Virus record (IMG/VR): IMGVR_UViG_3300025405_000009
Location: 96,001-160,000 of that record
Length of the DNA stretch: 64,000 nt
Reading direction: 5' to 3' (one strand)
Source of the DNA: a virus
Of this stretch, positions 39,724 through 47,469 are shown one piece after another (position 1 is the first letter of the stretch; each line of letters begins with the position of its first letter). Position numbers and translations under genes: made by a program. The notes under the pieces are model-generated. The model was not told the DNA's origin. It saw only the letters and a program-made list of their open reading frames with translations, and did not search any database.

Positions 39724-40851
39724 GTGGATTTAAATCATTTATTTAAAAAAGAACCTATTACAGAAAACAATAAACAGCCTGAATATTTGACAATATTTGG
39801 ATTTCCTACCTTTAGTAAGGTAGCAGCTATTGCTATTGACGTGGTTTATTGGTTTATTATCTTTGTTGCTTATTGTTTTGCATTCCATGCATTGAATAAC
39901 ATTTTAATTACATGGAATTGGTTGTTAGTAGGACTTGCAAGCTTTGCTGTTGTCGGATTACCTTATTGTGTTAAGATTATTCTATTTGGACGCAAGGAAT
40001 TTCCATTAAAAGCAGCATTATTGTGTTTATTCTTGAGTCTCTTACCTACTATCTTTGATTTTACAGGATTTTATTCAGAAACTGGTCTTCAAGATAGTTT
40101 ACAACAAAGTAAAGTACAGATATCTGAATCAATTTCATCGTTTGAGATACAAAGTAAGAAATCTGCTCAAGATAAAGAACTTGAAATACAAAATACCGGT
40201 AGAGATAAGAAGACAGTAGCAGAACAAACTTTATTGCAGTCATCTTCAGACATACAAAAACAGGTAGAGGATGCAAATCAAGCTGTTTTAGATGAAAAGG
40301 AAGGTGTTAAGGGGAAAGCTGGAGATGGACCTAAAGCTAAAGAACTTCAAGCACGGGTTCGTAAGCTAAAAGCACAATCTGATATTGATAATCAACAATC
40401 TAAAGCAGAACTCAAACGTCAAAATGATGTTATTGACCAAGAAACAAATGAAAAACTTCAAGCACTTAAACAATCAAATGTTTTATTGGGAGATAAACTT
40501 TTAAACTGTAAAAAAGAAGTCAATAATGCAGGAAACTTTAAAGCTTTAGAGTTGTCAGTAATAGATGCCAACAGTCTATTATCTTCGATCGCCTCTAATC
40601 TCAGTGTGTCTTATATCCCCGTGCGGATTATAGGATCTGACAACATTATTAAAGTATCTTTCGGGTCTTTAACAACTGGAGATATTACAGCTATCATATG
40701 TTTCTTGTTAGCCTTTCTTATGGAAATAGGTGATATTATTATAACGTTTGTAATGCGTTATGAAAAGAAAATACCTACACCAATTATTAAATCATCGTCA
40801 GATGATACTCTTCGTCATGTAAAATATACTAAAAGTTACGATGGGTATTAA
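39724..40851 (+). CDS. Membrane protein with long coiled coil (DUF4407-like)
   Basis: Three N-terminal TMs, EKEGVKGKAGDGPKAKE motif in the coiled coil, C-terminal TM. Confidence 0.55.
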   Translation: MDLNHLFKKEPITENNKQPEYLTIFGFPTFSKVAAIAIDVVYWFIIFVAYCFAFHALNNILITWNWLLVGLASFAVVGLPYCVKIILFGRKEFPLKAALLCLFLSLLPTIFDFTGFYSETGLQDSLQQSKVQISESISSFEIQSKKSAQDKELEIQNTGRDKKTVAEQTLLQSSSDIQKQVEDANQAVLDEKEGVKGKAGDGPKAKELQARVRKLKAQSDIDNQQSKAELKRQNDVIDQETNEKLQALKQSNVLLGDKLLNCKKEVNNAGNFKALELSVIDANSLLSSIASNLSVSYIPVRIIGSDNIIKVSFGSLTTGDITAIICFLLAFLMEIGDIIITFVMRYEKKIPTPIIKSSSDDTLRHVKYTKSYDGY

Positions 40852-41474
40852 CCCTTGTACTTTTTTGAGAATGTCTTAGCTGTAGAAAGACAGTGCTTAG
40901 TGTATTTACATTGATCACAAACTCGATCTGAATTAAGATAAAGTTGTGGAGCAATACAGGAGCCATTCTTTGTATTTTCTACAACATACTCTGTTAAATT
41001 TGAATATGTACGCGGTTCTTTTGGAATCCATTTTACTGAAATTTGACGTACTTCTTCTAAGCTCATTCGTTTATTTGTTTTTGGCTTCTTAAGGAGTTTA
41101 AGTCGTGCCAGTACTTGTTTATTTATGGAGAAAGGCTTTATATTAACAGGGCGTAATTGTTTTTGAACTTCCTCAGGAGAAATTCTTTGACGAAGTAATC
41201 TCTTTGCTTCATTAGATACATAATGTTCAGCAAACGGAACTGGTCCTCCAAATTTTTTATTTCCCTTAGCAATTCCTGCCTTTGACACTCTTCGCTCTAA
41301 CCCTGTAACAATACAGGTCATAACTTTACTCTTAATAATACTTTCATCAACGACTTTTACTTTAACAGGTTTAGTCTTAATAGGTTTTACTTTTTTTATC
41401 TTCTTAGATACAGCCTTTACCTTGACCTTTTTAACGGTCTTTTTAAGTGGTTTTTTGACTTTTTTGCCTTTCAT
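40848..41474 (-). CDS. Basic nucleic-acid-binding protein candidate (Lys-rich N-terminus, C-terminal Cys4)
   Basis: KKVKK repeats; TCIVTG domain; CIAPQ..CDQCKYTKHC. Confidence 0.55.
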   Translation of the reverse strand: MKGKKVKKPLKKTVKKVKVKAVSKKIKKVKPIKTKPVKVKVVDESIIKSKVMTCIVTGLERRVSKAGIAKGNKKFGGPVPFAEHYVSNEAKRLLRQRISPEEVQKQLRPVNIKPFSINKQVLARLKLLKKPKTNKRMSLEEVRQISVKWIPKEPRTYSNLTEYVVENTKNGSCIAPQLYLNSDRVCDQCKYTKHCLSTAKTFSKKYKG

Positions 41475-41549
41475 GTGCTGGTTATATTATAGAGTTAAAA
41501 AAATAATTCAAGAGTTGATTTATTGAAATATATAGTCTAGTATGCTGTC

Positions 41550-41801
41550 ATGCCTTACATTACACAAGAAAAAAGAGACAACTTTATGACTGGAAACGGT
41601 ACTATAGAGAATCCTGGTGACCTAAATTTTGTACTTACCAAGGTGTGTTTAGAGTACTTGGAAAACAAAACAGAGAGCTATCAATCCTATAATGATATTG
41701 TCGGAGCTTTAGAATGTTGTAAGCTCGAGATGTATCGTCGTGCTGTTTCTCCTTACGAAGATGCAAAGATTGCTGCTAATGGAGATGTTTATTCAAAGTA
41801 A
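41550..41801 (+). CDS. Conserved phage hypothetical protein (DUF6899-like)
   Basis: MPYI..GDLNF..TK....Y..YNDIVGALECCKLEMYRRAV.PYED.KI..NGDVY. Confidence 0.65.
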   Translation: MPYITQEKRDNFMTGNGTIENPGDLNFVLTKVCLEYLENKTESYQSYNDIVGALECCKLEMYRRAVSPYEDAKIAANGDVYSK

Positions 41802-41865
41802 TTCTTGCAATAATCTAAAATCACTATAATATCAAATTTATGAAACAAAAGGAGGTGAAATAACA

Positions 41866-42060
41866 ATGATCGATTACACAAATAAGAATCTCCGTCCAAA
41901 GACGTTTTTCGTCAAGATGGAGCGTAACCGTGACGGTAGTTTTACCGTTAAGCGCGCTAAGGTCCTCGAGAAGACCAATCAGTTCGAGCGCAGCACACGT
42001 CAGGTTGATGCACGCGACTTCACTCGCGCCATCCGCACAAACGATATTACCGTTGCTTAA
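41866..42060 (+). CDS. Small basic protein with strong SD and host-like codons
   Basis: AAGGAGG ends 10 nt before the ATG; AAG/GAG/CGC codons; followed by a strong terminator. Confidence 0.7.
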   Translation: MIDYTNKNLRPKTFFVKMERNRDGSFTVKRAKVLEKTNQFERSTRQVDARDFTRAIRTNDITVA

Positions 42061-42077
42061 TTCGGTATAACAATGAG

Positions 42078-42115
42078 AAGACCGGCTGTTACTACTTAGC
42101 AGCCGGTCTTTTTTT
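42078..42115 (+). terminator. Intrinsic terminator
   Basis: 11-bp stem AAGACCGGCTG/CAGCCGGTCTT followed by a T run. Confidence 0.9.
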
Positions 42116-42129
42116 GTCAACTATTTTAT

Positions 42130-42158
42130 TGCCTTTCTTTTTTAAATTTCCTATTATT
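42130..42158 (+). promoter_or_regulatory. Sigma70-like promoter
   Basis: TTGCCT-N17-TATTAT, about 8 nt before the ATG at 42166. Confidence 0.55.
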
Positions 42159-42165
42159 ATCACTA

Positions 42166-42465
42166 ATGAATGCTGCAGAAATTAACGCTAGATTTAAGAA
42201 AAGTATCTCAAACGATCCTTCCGTTCTTACTTGTATTGTAACAGGAAAGACGAGACCTACTAACAGTGCATATTTGGAAGAGAAATCAAAGAAACTCGGT
42301 TCAAAAGAAGAGTTTATTAACCATTATATATGTCGTGAGGCATTAACAATGCTTAAACAAGGGAGAACAGTGTATGATGTTCGATCTGCACTCGGTGTCT
42401 CTACAGCTATCCTACCTCCGGATGAGAAAAAACTTCTCCGTGCCTTAAAAATAAACGGAAAATAA
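42166..42465 (+). CDS. Hypothetical protein, paralog of 40848..41474
   Basis: TCIVTG...F..HY...EA..(L/M)L.Q shared domain. Confidence 0.65.
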   Translation: MNAAEINARFKKSISNDPSVLTCIVTGKTRPTNSAYLEEKSKKLGSKEEFINHYICREALTMLKQGRTVYDVRSALGVSTAILPPDEKKLLRALKINGK

Positions 42466-42502
42466 GCTTTTAATTCCTTTTGAATTCCCATATACTAATA
42501 GT

Positions 42503-43411
42503 ATGAAAATTAACCTACAGAGTACGTCGTTTACAGCAGTCAAAGATGTTCAGATTCCTGACATTTACAATCGTCGCGTCAAGTCGGGTATTCCCGAGGT
42601 TGACGAAATGTTCGGAGGTGGAATGCTTCCGGGTTCAGTTACTACAATCTCATCAAAGGCAGGTGTTGGTAAGTCGACGATGGTTCTTCAGATTCTTAAC
42701 GGTATAACAAAGAACGGTCATAGGGTTGGATTTGTATCGGCGGAGGAGTCTATTCATCAGGTTGCCTTTGCCTGTAAGCGTCTTGGTATTGAAGATGTTG
42801 GTATTTGTAACGAGTCTAATGCTAAGAAGATTATCGGGTTTATGAACGACGTTGACGTTATCGTCATTGATTCGTTCCATGCTGTCGATAAGAGCAATAT
42901 GGAAGAGAAGGAGTTCATTGAGACTCTTATTAACCGTGCTAAGGAGACAGAGTGTGTTGTTCTTATTATCTGTCATCTTACTAAGGGTGGTGTTATTAAG
43001 GGTACAAACCTGTTGACGTACGCTGTTGATGTCAATGTTTTTGTTGAACTCTCAGAGGAAGAGCCTGGTCATCGTCGGATTTACTTCGCTAAGAATCGCT
43101 TCGGTCCTGGTATTGACTATACCTGTGCGTTTACTAGTCGTGGTTATGACTTTACTCCGGTTAAGATAACCGAGGGTGCTGGTAAGACTACTAAGTCTGA
43201 TAAGAAGGAAGAAGCTCGTAAGCAAATTCTTAGTATGAACGGTAAGTTCTCAGTCTCTGACGTTTGTACAGCTCTTAAGGTTGATGCCTCCAGGGCTGGA
43301 TGGCTTCTTCGGGAGCTTACGACTGAGGGCAAGCTTACTAAGAATGATCTCCGTGGCAATAAGTGCCGGTGGAGGGTAAATAAAGTCGAAGCAATCATAA
43401 CCAAACACTAA
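42503..43411 (+). CDS. RadA/Sms-like RecA-fold ATPase with C-terminal HTH
   Basis: SGIPEVDEMFGGG, SKAGVGKST, VSAEES..QV, VIDS, HLTKGG..KG, KNRFG; helical HTH-like C-terminus. Confidence 0.8.
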   Translation: MKINLQSTSFTAVKDVQIPDIYNRRVKSGIPEVDEMFGGGMLPGSVTTISSKAGVGKSTMVLQILNGITKNGHRVGFVSAEESIHQVAFACKRLGIEDVGICNESNAKKIIGFMNDVDVIVIDSFHAVDKSNMEEKEFIETLINRAKETECVVLIICHLTKGGVIKGTNLLTYAVDVNVFVELSEEEPGHRRIYFAKNRFGPGIDYTCAFTSRGYDFTPVKITEGAGKTTKSDKKEEARKQILSMNGKFSVSDVCTALKVDASRAGWLLRELTTEGKLTKNDLRGNKCRWRVNKVEAIITKH

Positions 43412-43412
43412 T

Positions 43413-43538
43413 ATGGCAGGCAAAGGATCAAAATCACGCGTAAGCGACACAAAAAAATACAAGGAAAACTTTCCTAAGGCATCAGGCAAGGTTGAAGGCT
43501 TTGTAAAGATCAAGGGAAAGCTTGTAAAGAAATACTAA
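43413..43538 (+). CDS. Small basic protein (MAGKGSKSRVSD..., 41 aa)
   Basis: Manually found ORF; TAATG overlap with the next gene. Confidence 0.55.
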   Translation: MAGKGSKSRVSDTKKYKENFPKASGKVEGFVKIKGKLVKKY

Positions 43539-44176
43539 TGACACCAGAAAAATTCCAAGCACGCAATCATGCTTTACGGTGTGATTTTGCTGACCTTGAG
43601 ACCTATAAAAAGTCTTTTAGTCGTAAGTTTTGGAACTTTATGGACGATAAGTTTAGTATTCGTAGTGTATGGGATGTACTTCCATTCCGTTGGAAGCTAC
43701 GATACTACGATAAGATTCGTCCAATCTTTGCTCCAGAAAATAATCGTATTCGTAAGGCAATTCCACGTACCTGGACAGACACATCTCACCTTATTGAGAT
43801 TATAAATTTTGAGTTTATTAAGAGTTTTTATGAAACAGAATACCTTCATGGTCACACTGATTGGGAGGGTACAGGTGAGCACGCTGTAGCGTTCGCTAAA
43901 TGGCTTGAATCTGCTTACAATTATATTACTATTGAACGACCACAGCTAGAAAAAGATATGGATAATGCCTATCCACCTCATCAACCACTCAAGGAAATGT
44001 TTGTACCGTGTGAGACAGATGATAAGGGTAAGGTTAAGATGTTTAAGATGACACCACGAGAAGAGTCATACGAAGAACTCTATGGAGAGGTTAATCGTCT
44101 TGAGCAACTTATTCAAGATAAAGATAGTGATATTCTAACACAACTTGTTAAATATCGTTACTTCTTTTGGTCATAA
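43538..44176 (+). CDS. Conserved phage hypothetical protein
   Basis: 212-aa ORF with Trp-rich N-terminus, ending YRYFFWS. Confidence 0.65.
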   Translation: MTPEKFQARNHALRCDFADLETYKKSFSRKFWNFMDDKFSIRSVWDVLPFRWKLRYYDKIRPIFAPENNRIRKAIPRTWTDTSHLIEIINFEFIKSFYETEYLHGHTDWEGTGEHAVAFAKWLESAYNYITIERPQLEKDMDNAYPPHQPLKEMFVPCETDDKGKVKMFKMTPREESYEELYGEVNRLEQLIQDKDSDILTQLVKYRYFFWS

Positions 44177-44184
44177 AATTTAAT

Positions 44185-44268
44185 GGGTAGATACCGAAGC
44201 TGGACAAACGGGGAAGACTGTAAATCTTCTGGCTATTGCCTTCAGTGGTTCGAATCCACTTCTGCCCA
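44185..44268 (+). tRNA. tRNA-Tyr(GTA), class II; CCA not encoded
   Basis: Acceptor GGGTAGA/TCTGCCC, anticodon arm GAAGA-CTGTAAA-TCTTC, long variable arm, GTTCGAATC. Confidence 0.95.
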
Positions 44269-44286
44269 GACTAAATAATATATGCT

Positions 44287-44526
44287 ATGACTCTTATGGA
44301 TCACAATCCACCACATAATACAGCACCTATAATAGATCGCAATACCATTAAATGGAGTGGGTATTTTTCAACGTCAGAGCAGGCAGATGAGCATTTAAAA
44401 GAACAGACTAAGCATCATGCAGAAAACGAAAATAAATTGGTCGTAAGTGCTAAGAAAGAGTTTGTAAACAGACATTTTAAAGGATATTTTCTTTATCGCT
44501 TTGTTGTAATATTAACAAATAAATGA
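44287..44526 (+). CDS. Hypothetical protein
   Basis: 79 aa; TAAATA 9 nt upstream. Confidence 0.55.
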   Translation: MTLMDHNPPHNTAPIIDRNTIKWSGYFSTSEQADEHLKEQTKHHAENENKLVVSAKKEFVNRHFKGYFLYRFVVILTNK

Positions 44527-44735
44527 ACTTTAAAAAGATATTTGAATCATTATTAACCGAACACATGCACTCTAAACAGAAGGCAGGCTATGTGGCTCAT
44601 CCTGTTGATGGTCATCGCTGTGATGTATGTACGATGTGGAGACCTCCAAATAAGTGTTCTGCCGTATTCGGTGTTATTAAACCTGATGGTTGGTGTAAGT
44701 GGTGGAAGAGAACACATAGAAAGGATAGAAAATAA
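44523..44735 (+). CDS. High-potential iron-sulfur protein (HiPIP)-like, no Tat signal
   Basis: KQKAGYVAHPVDGHRCDVCTMWRPPNKCSAVFGVIKPDGWCKWW: four Cys in HiPIP spacing plus the conserved Tyr and GWC. Confidence 0.8.
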   Translation: MNFKKIFESLLTEHMHSKQKAGYVAHPVDGHRCDVCTMWRPPNKCSAVFGVIKPDGWCKWWKRTHRKDRK

Positions 44736-45370
44736 TGAAGGTATACCTCGACATGGATGGGTTACTTGCTAACCTTTTTGATACAGTTTCCATGGGAATG
44801 ATTGGTAAGCATTATAAAGCACTAACGGAACCTGAAAAAGAACATACACGTCAAATTTGGACAGATAGAGAAGGTAAAGCTAAAGAGTTCTTTCAAAAAC
44901 AGGGTGGAGTTAAGAAGTTTTTTGCCGATCTTCCTACTTTTGGCCCTCTAACTGACGCTATTATTAACACAGTTGTGAAAGAGGTAGGAGGTTATAGTAT
45001 TTGCTCCTGTCCTGCTGGTATTGATGAACAGGCTTCAGAAGCTGGAAAGAGAATTTGGATTCATAAGCACCTTAACCCACTTCCTGATGAAATGTCCTTT
45101 GTTAGAGATAAAACTATTAACGCAATTAATAAAGAAACAGGTAAGCCCAATGTTCTTATTGATGATTTTCCAAAATATATTAAAGAATGGAAAGCAGCTG
45201 GTGGTATTCCAATAGAAATGCGTACAGATAGCTTGAATAGTCCAGAAGAAGTAAGAGCATTTCTCACTAAGAAACTTAATGCAGCTAAAGAACAAATTGA
45301 TGGTGTACAACCTGAACCTAAAATACCAACGTTTGAGCAATACGTAAGAAAAGTGTTGCATTCTCTCTAA
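44735..45370 (+). CDS. HAD-family 5'(3')-deoxyribonucleotidase-like protein
   Basis: VYLDMDGLLA, FFADLP, GKRIWI, VLIDD. Confidence 0.8.
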   Translation: MKVYLDMDGLLANLFDTVSMGMIGKHYKALTEPEKEHTRQIWTDREGKAKEFFQKQGGVKKFFADLPTFGPLTDAIINTVVKEVGGYSICSCPAGIDEQASEAGKRIWIHKHLNPLPDEMSFVRDKTINAINKETGKPNVLIDDFPKYIKEWKAAGGIPIEMRTDSLNSPEEVRAFLTKKLNAAKEQIDGVQPEPKIPTFEQYVRKVLHSL

Positions 45371-45390
45371 ATGCATCCATAATTATTTGT

Positions 45391-46011
45391 ATGGGTATGT
45401 TTGATATAATTTTTATAAAGAAAGCACTTCCTCTTAATAAAGAGCTTAAAGCTCTAAAAGATATTAAGTGGGAAGAATGTGACTTTCAGACTAAAGATCT
45501 TGAAAATTCTCTCTCTATCTACGAAGTTACTAAGACCGGTAAACTTCGCTACCAAAAAGTAGAGAGGGAGTGGGTAGATGATGAAGGGGCTTTTTTTAAG
45601 GGGTATATGAAAGAGGTATCTTCTAAGTGGGTTGATACCAAGCATACAGGTACAGTAAGATTTTATCATAATTTTTCTACTAATAAATCAAACGTTAATA
45701 TTTTTTCAGATGTAATTGAAGATGATACCGATCTTGATGGATATGATTGGTGGGTGGAGTTTGAAGCTGAATTCGTAAAAGGTAAGCTTACTGAAATTAC
45801 TCTTACTGAAGCAAAGAAAGAACCTGCTAAGATTCGTATTATTCAAAATATTGAATGGGCTAAGGATCTTAAGAAAAAGGAATCAACTCTTCATCGTCGT
45901 ATTATAAAATTTTTACGTAAGTCAAAGATTTACCGCAAATTGATTAGTAGTTTATTAAAGCTTAATTCAATTATCTCTAGTAAGATTAGTTGGGTTCTTT
46001 ATAGACTCTAA
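45391..46011 (+). CDS. Conserved phage hypothetical protein
   Basis: MGMFD..., FQTKDLEN, EFEAEFVKGKL; TAATTA 5 nt upstream. Confidence 0.65.
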   Translation: MGMFDIIFIKKALPLNKELKALKDIKWEECDFQTKDLENSLSIYEVTKTGKLRYQKVEREWVDDEGAFFKGYMKEVSSKWVDTKHTGTVRFYHNFSTNKSNVNIFSDVIEDDTDLDGYDWWVEFEAEFVKGKLTEITLTEAKKEPAKIRIIQNIEWAKDLKKKESTLHRRIIKFLRKSKIYRKLISSLLKLNSIISSKISWVLYRL

Positions 46012-46033
46012 TTGTTCTTTGATAAATAATTTT

Positions 46034-46484
46034 GGGGGCGTACTGGTTTCGACTTATACTCGAAGTTTGTATGGCACGTAGTGGTTAATCAGTTGGCCAC
46101 TTTAAAAAGCTGATTAAAAACATAAATGCAGAAGATAACTCTGACGCTATCCTTGCGGAAGCATTGTATTGTCTCGAGAACGCTGACGAAATCCTCGCCA
46201 GCTTTGAAGAGCCAGCACTCCTAGCTGCCTAAGGAACCAAAAGATAATCCTATTAAAGCTTTTGGAAATAAAAATAGGTTTAGAAGGTCTTGTGATTCTT
46301 AGAAAATTGAGTGCAAGCGGTGGTATGTGGTCGTTAATCACACATACAGGTAGGACTCTAAACATGGATAGGTCGCTAGTGCCTGGTTACCTTTAGTCAA
46401 CCAAAGTACGAAAGCTAGCTAAGCGTGTAGAAGTATAAATAGAAAAGTATAAACACAGGGGTTCGACTCCCCTCGCCTCCACCA
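46034..46484 (+). ncRNA. ssrA: tmRNA with tag AEDNSDAILAEALYCLENADEILASFEEPALLAA (46128-46232)
   Basis: 5' GGGGGCGTACTGGTTTCGAC; 3' GGGTTCGACTCCCCTCGCCTCCACCA; resume context ATAAATGCA; tag ends LLAA-TAA. Confidence 0.95.
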
Positions 46485-46495
46485 TTTTATTTTAC

Positions 46496-46569
46496 GGGGA
46501 ATTAGCTCAGTTGGTAGTAGCGATAGCTTTGCAAGCTATAGGTCAGCGGTTCGATCCCGCTATTCTCCA
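46496..46569 (+). tRNA. tRNA-Ala(TGC)
   Basis: Acceptor GGGGAAT/ATTCTCC with G3:U70, loop TTTGCAA, GTTCGATC. Confidence 0.95.
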
Positions 46570-46590
46570 CAATTTTTATTAAATATATAC

Positions 46591-46953
46591 ATGGCTTCTA
46601 CACGTTTAAGCGCAGCTCGCGATATAGCACATGGTAAATTTCCAGCAACAGGAGTGAAACGATCTCCTAAATGGGCTGCTGTACGCAAGGAACATCTTAA
46701 GAATAATCCAAAATGTGCAATTTGTGAAGGTACAGAAAAACTTAATGTACATCATATTAAACCATTTCATTTACATCCGGAATTAGAACTCGATCCAAGT
46801 AACTTTATTACTCTTTGTGAAAGTGCAAGTTATGGTATTATCTGTCATATTCTTGTTGGTCATTTAGGTGATTATAAAAACATAAATCCAAATTCTGTAG
46901 AAGATGCTAAAATTTGGAACGCTAAATTAAAAGAAGATCATTTTCAGAAATAG
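46591..46953 (+). CDS. HNH endonuclease
   Basis: CAICE...NVHHIKPF...DPSNFITLCE...CHILVGH. Confidence 0.85.
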   Translation: MASTRLSAARDIAHGKFPATGVKRSPKWAAVRKEHLKNNPKCAICEGTEKLNVHHIKPFHLHPELELDPSNFITLCESASYGIICHILVGHLGDYKNINPNSVEDAKIWNAKLKEDHFQK

Positions 46954-46999
46954 CTTGCAGGAACCAATACTTGGTATTAATATAGATAAATAAATTAAC

Positions 47000-47073
47000 G
47001 CCCGGTTAGTTCAATGGTAAAACGAGGGTTTTGTAAACCTTAGTCGTGAGTTCGATTCTCACACTGGGCTCCA
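47000..47073 (+). tRNA. tRNA-Thr(TGT)
   Basis: GCCCGGT/ACTGGGC-T-CCA; loop TTTGTAA. Confidence 0.95.
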
Positions 47074-47093
47074 TACTTGATCTTTTACATTTT

Positions 47094-47168
47094 ACGTCGG
47101 TGGTACATTGGCTGTGCAGCAGTCTCCAAAACTGCCTTAGGTAGGTTCGATTCCTACCCGGCGTGCCA
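47094..47168 (+). tRNA. tRNA-Trp(CCA)
   Basis: ACGTCGG/CCGGCGT-G-CCA; GCAGT-CTCCAAA-ACTGC. Confidence 0.95.
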
Positions 47169-47179
47169 TAAATAGAATT

Positions 47180-47310
47180 ATAGTAATCGGCAAAACCCTC
47201 TCTACAACTGTTCGAAGAGTTGTATGCATGGAACCGGTTCTTCGTAAGTTCATACAAAACTAGAACATAATCAAGGACGCTTGAGGTTTTTAGGACAAAG
47301 GAACTTACAT
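47180..47310 (+). ncRNA. Candidate compact structured RNA (4-way junction plus pseudoknot)
   Basis: No ORF; helices AAAACC/GGTTTT, TACAACT/AGTTGTA, GTTCT/AGAAC, TCAAG/CTTGA, GTAAGTTC/GAACTTAC; TAAATA at 47169. Confidence 0.45.
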
Positions 47311-47317
47311 TAATTTC

Positions 47318-47389
47318 CGCAGAGTAGAGAACTGGTATCTCGTCACGCTCATAACGTGAAGGCAGTGGGTTCGATTCCCACCTCTGCCA
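47318..47389 (+). tRNA. tRNA-Met(CAT) with partial initiator features
   Basis: C1:C72 mismatch, A11:U24, anticodon arm TCACG-CTCATAA-CGTGA. Confidence 0.9.
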
Positions 47390-47398
47390 ATTTTTTAG

Positions 47399-47450
47399 TT
47401 GCCACTTCCTTATTCAGGCATTATATTAAAAGAATAAGAATTGATCTTTG
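47399..47450 (+). promoter_or_regulatory. Sigma70-like promoter plus boxA-like TTGATCTTTG
   Basis: TTGCCA-N17-TATATT (47399-47427); TTGATCTTTG at 47441. Confidence 0.6.
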
Positions 47451-47469
47451 ATAGTACATTTTGAAATTT

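Noticed and set aside
46147-46365. Minus-strand 72-aa ORF
   Set aside because: Antisense to the tmRNA.
47006-47257. Minus-strand 83-aa ORF
   Set aside because: It is the antisense of tRNA-Thr and tRNA-Trp; a typical shadow ORF.
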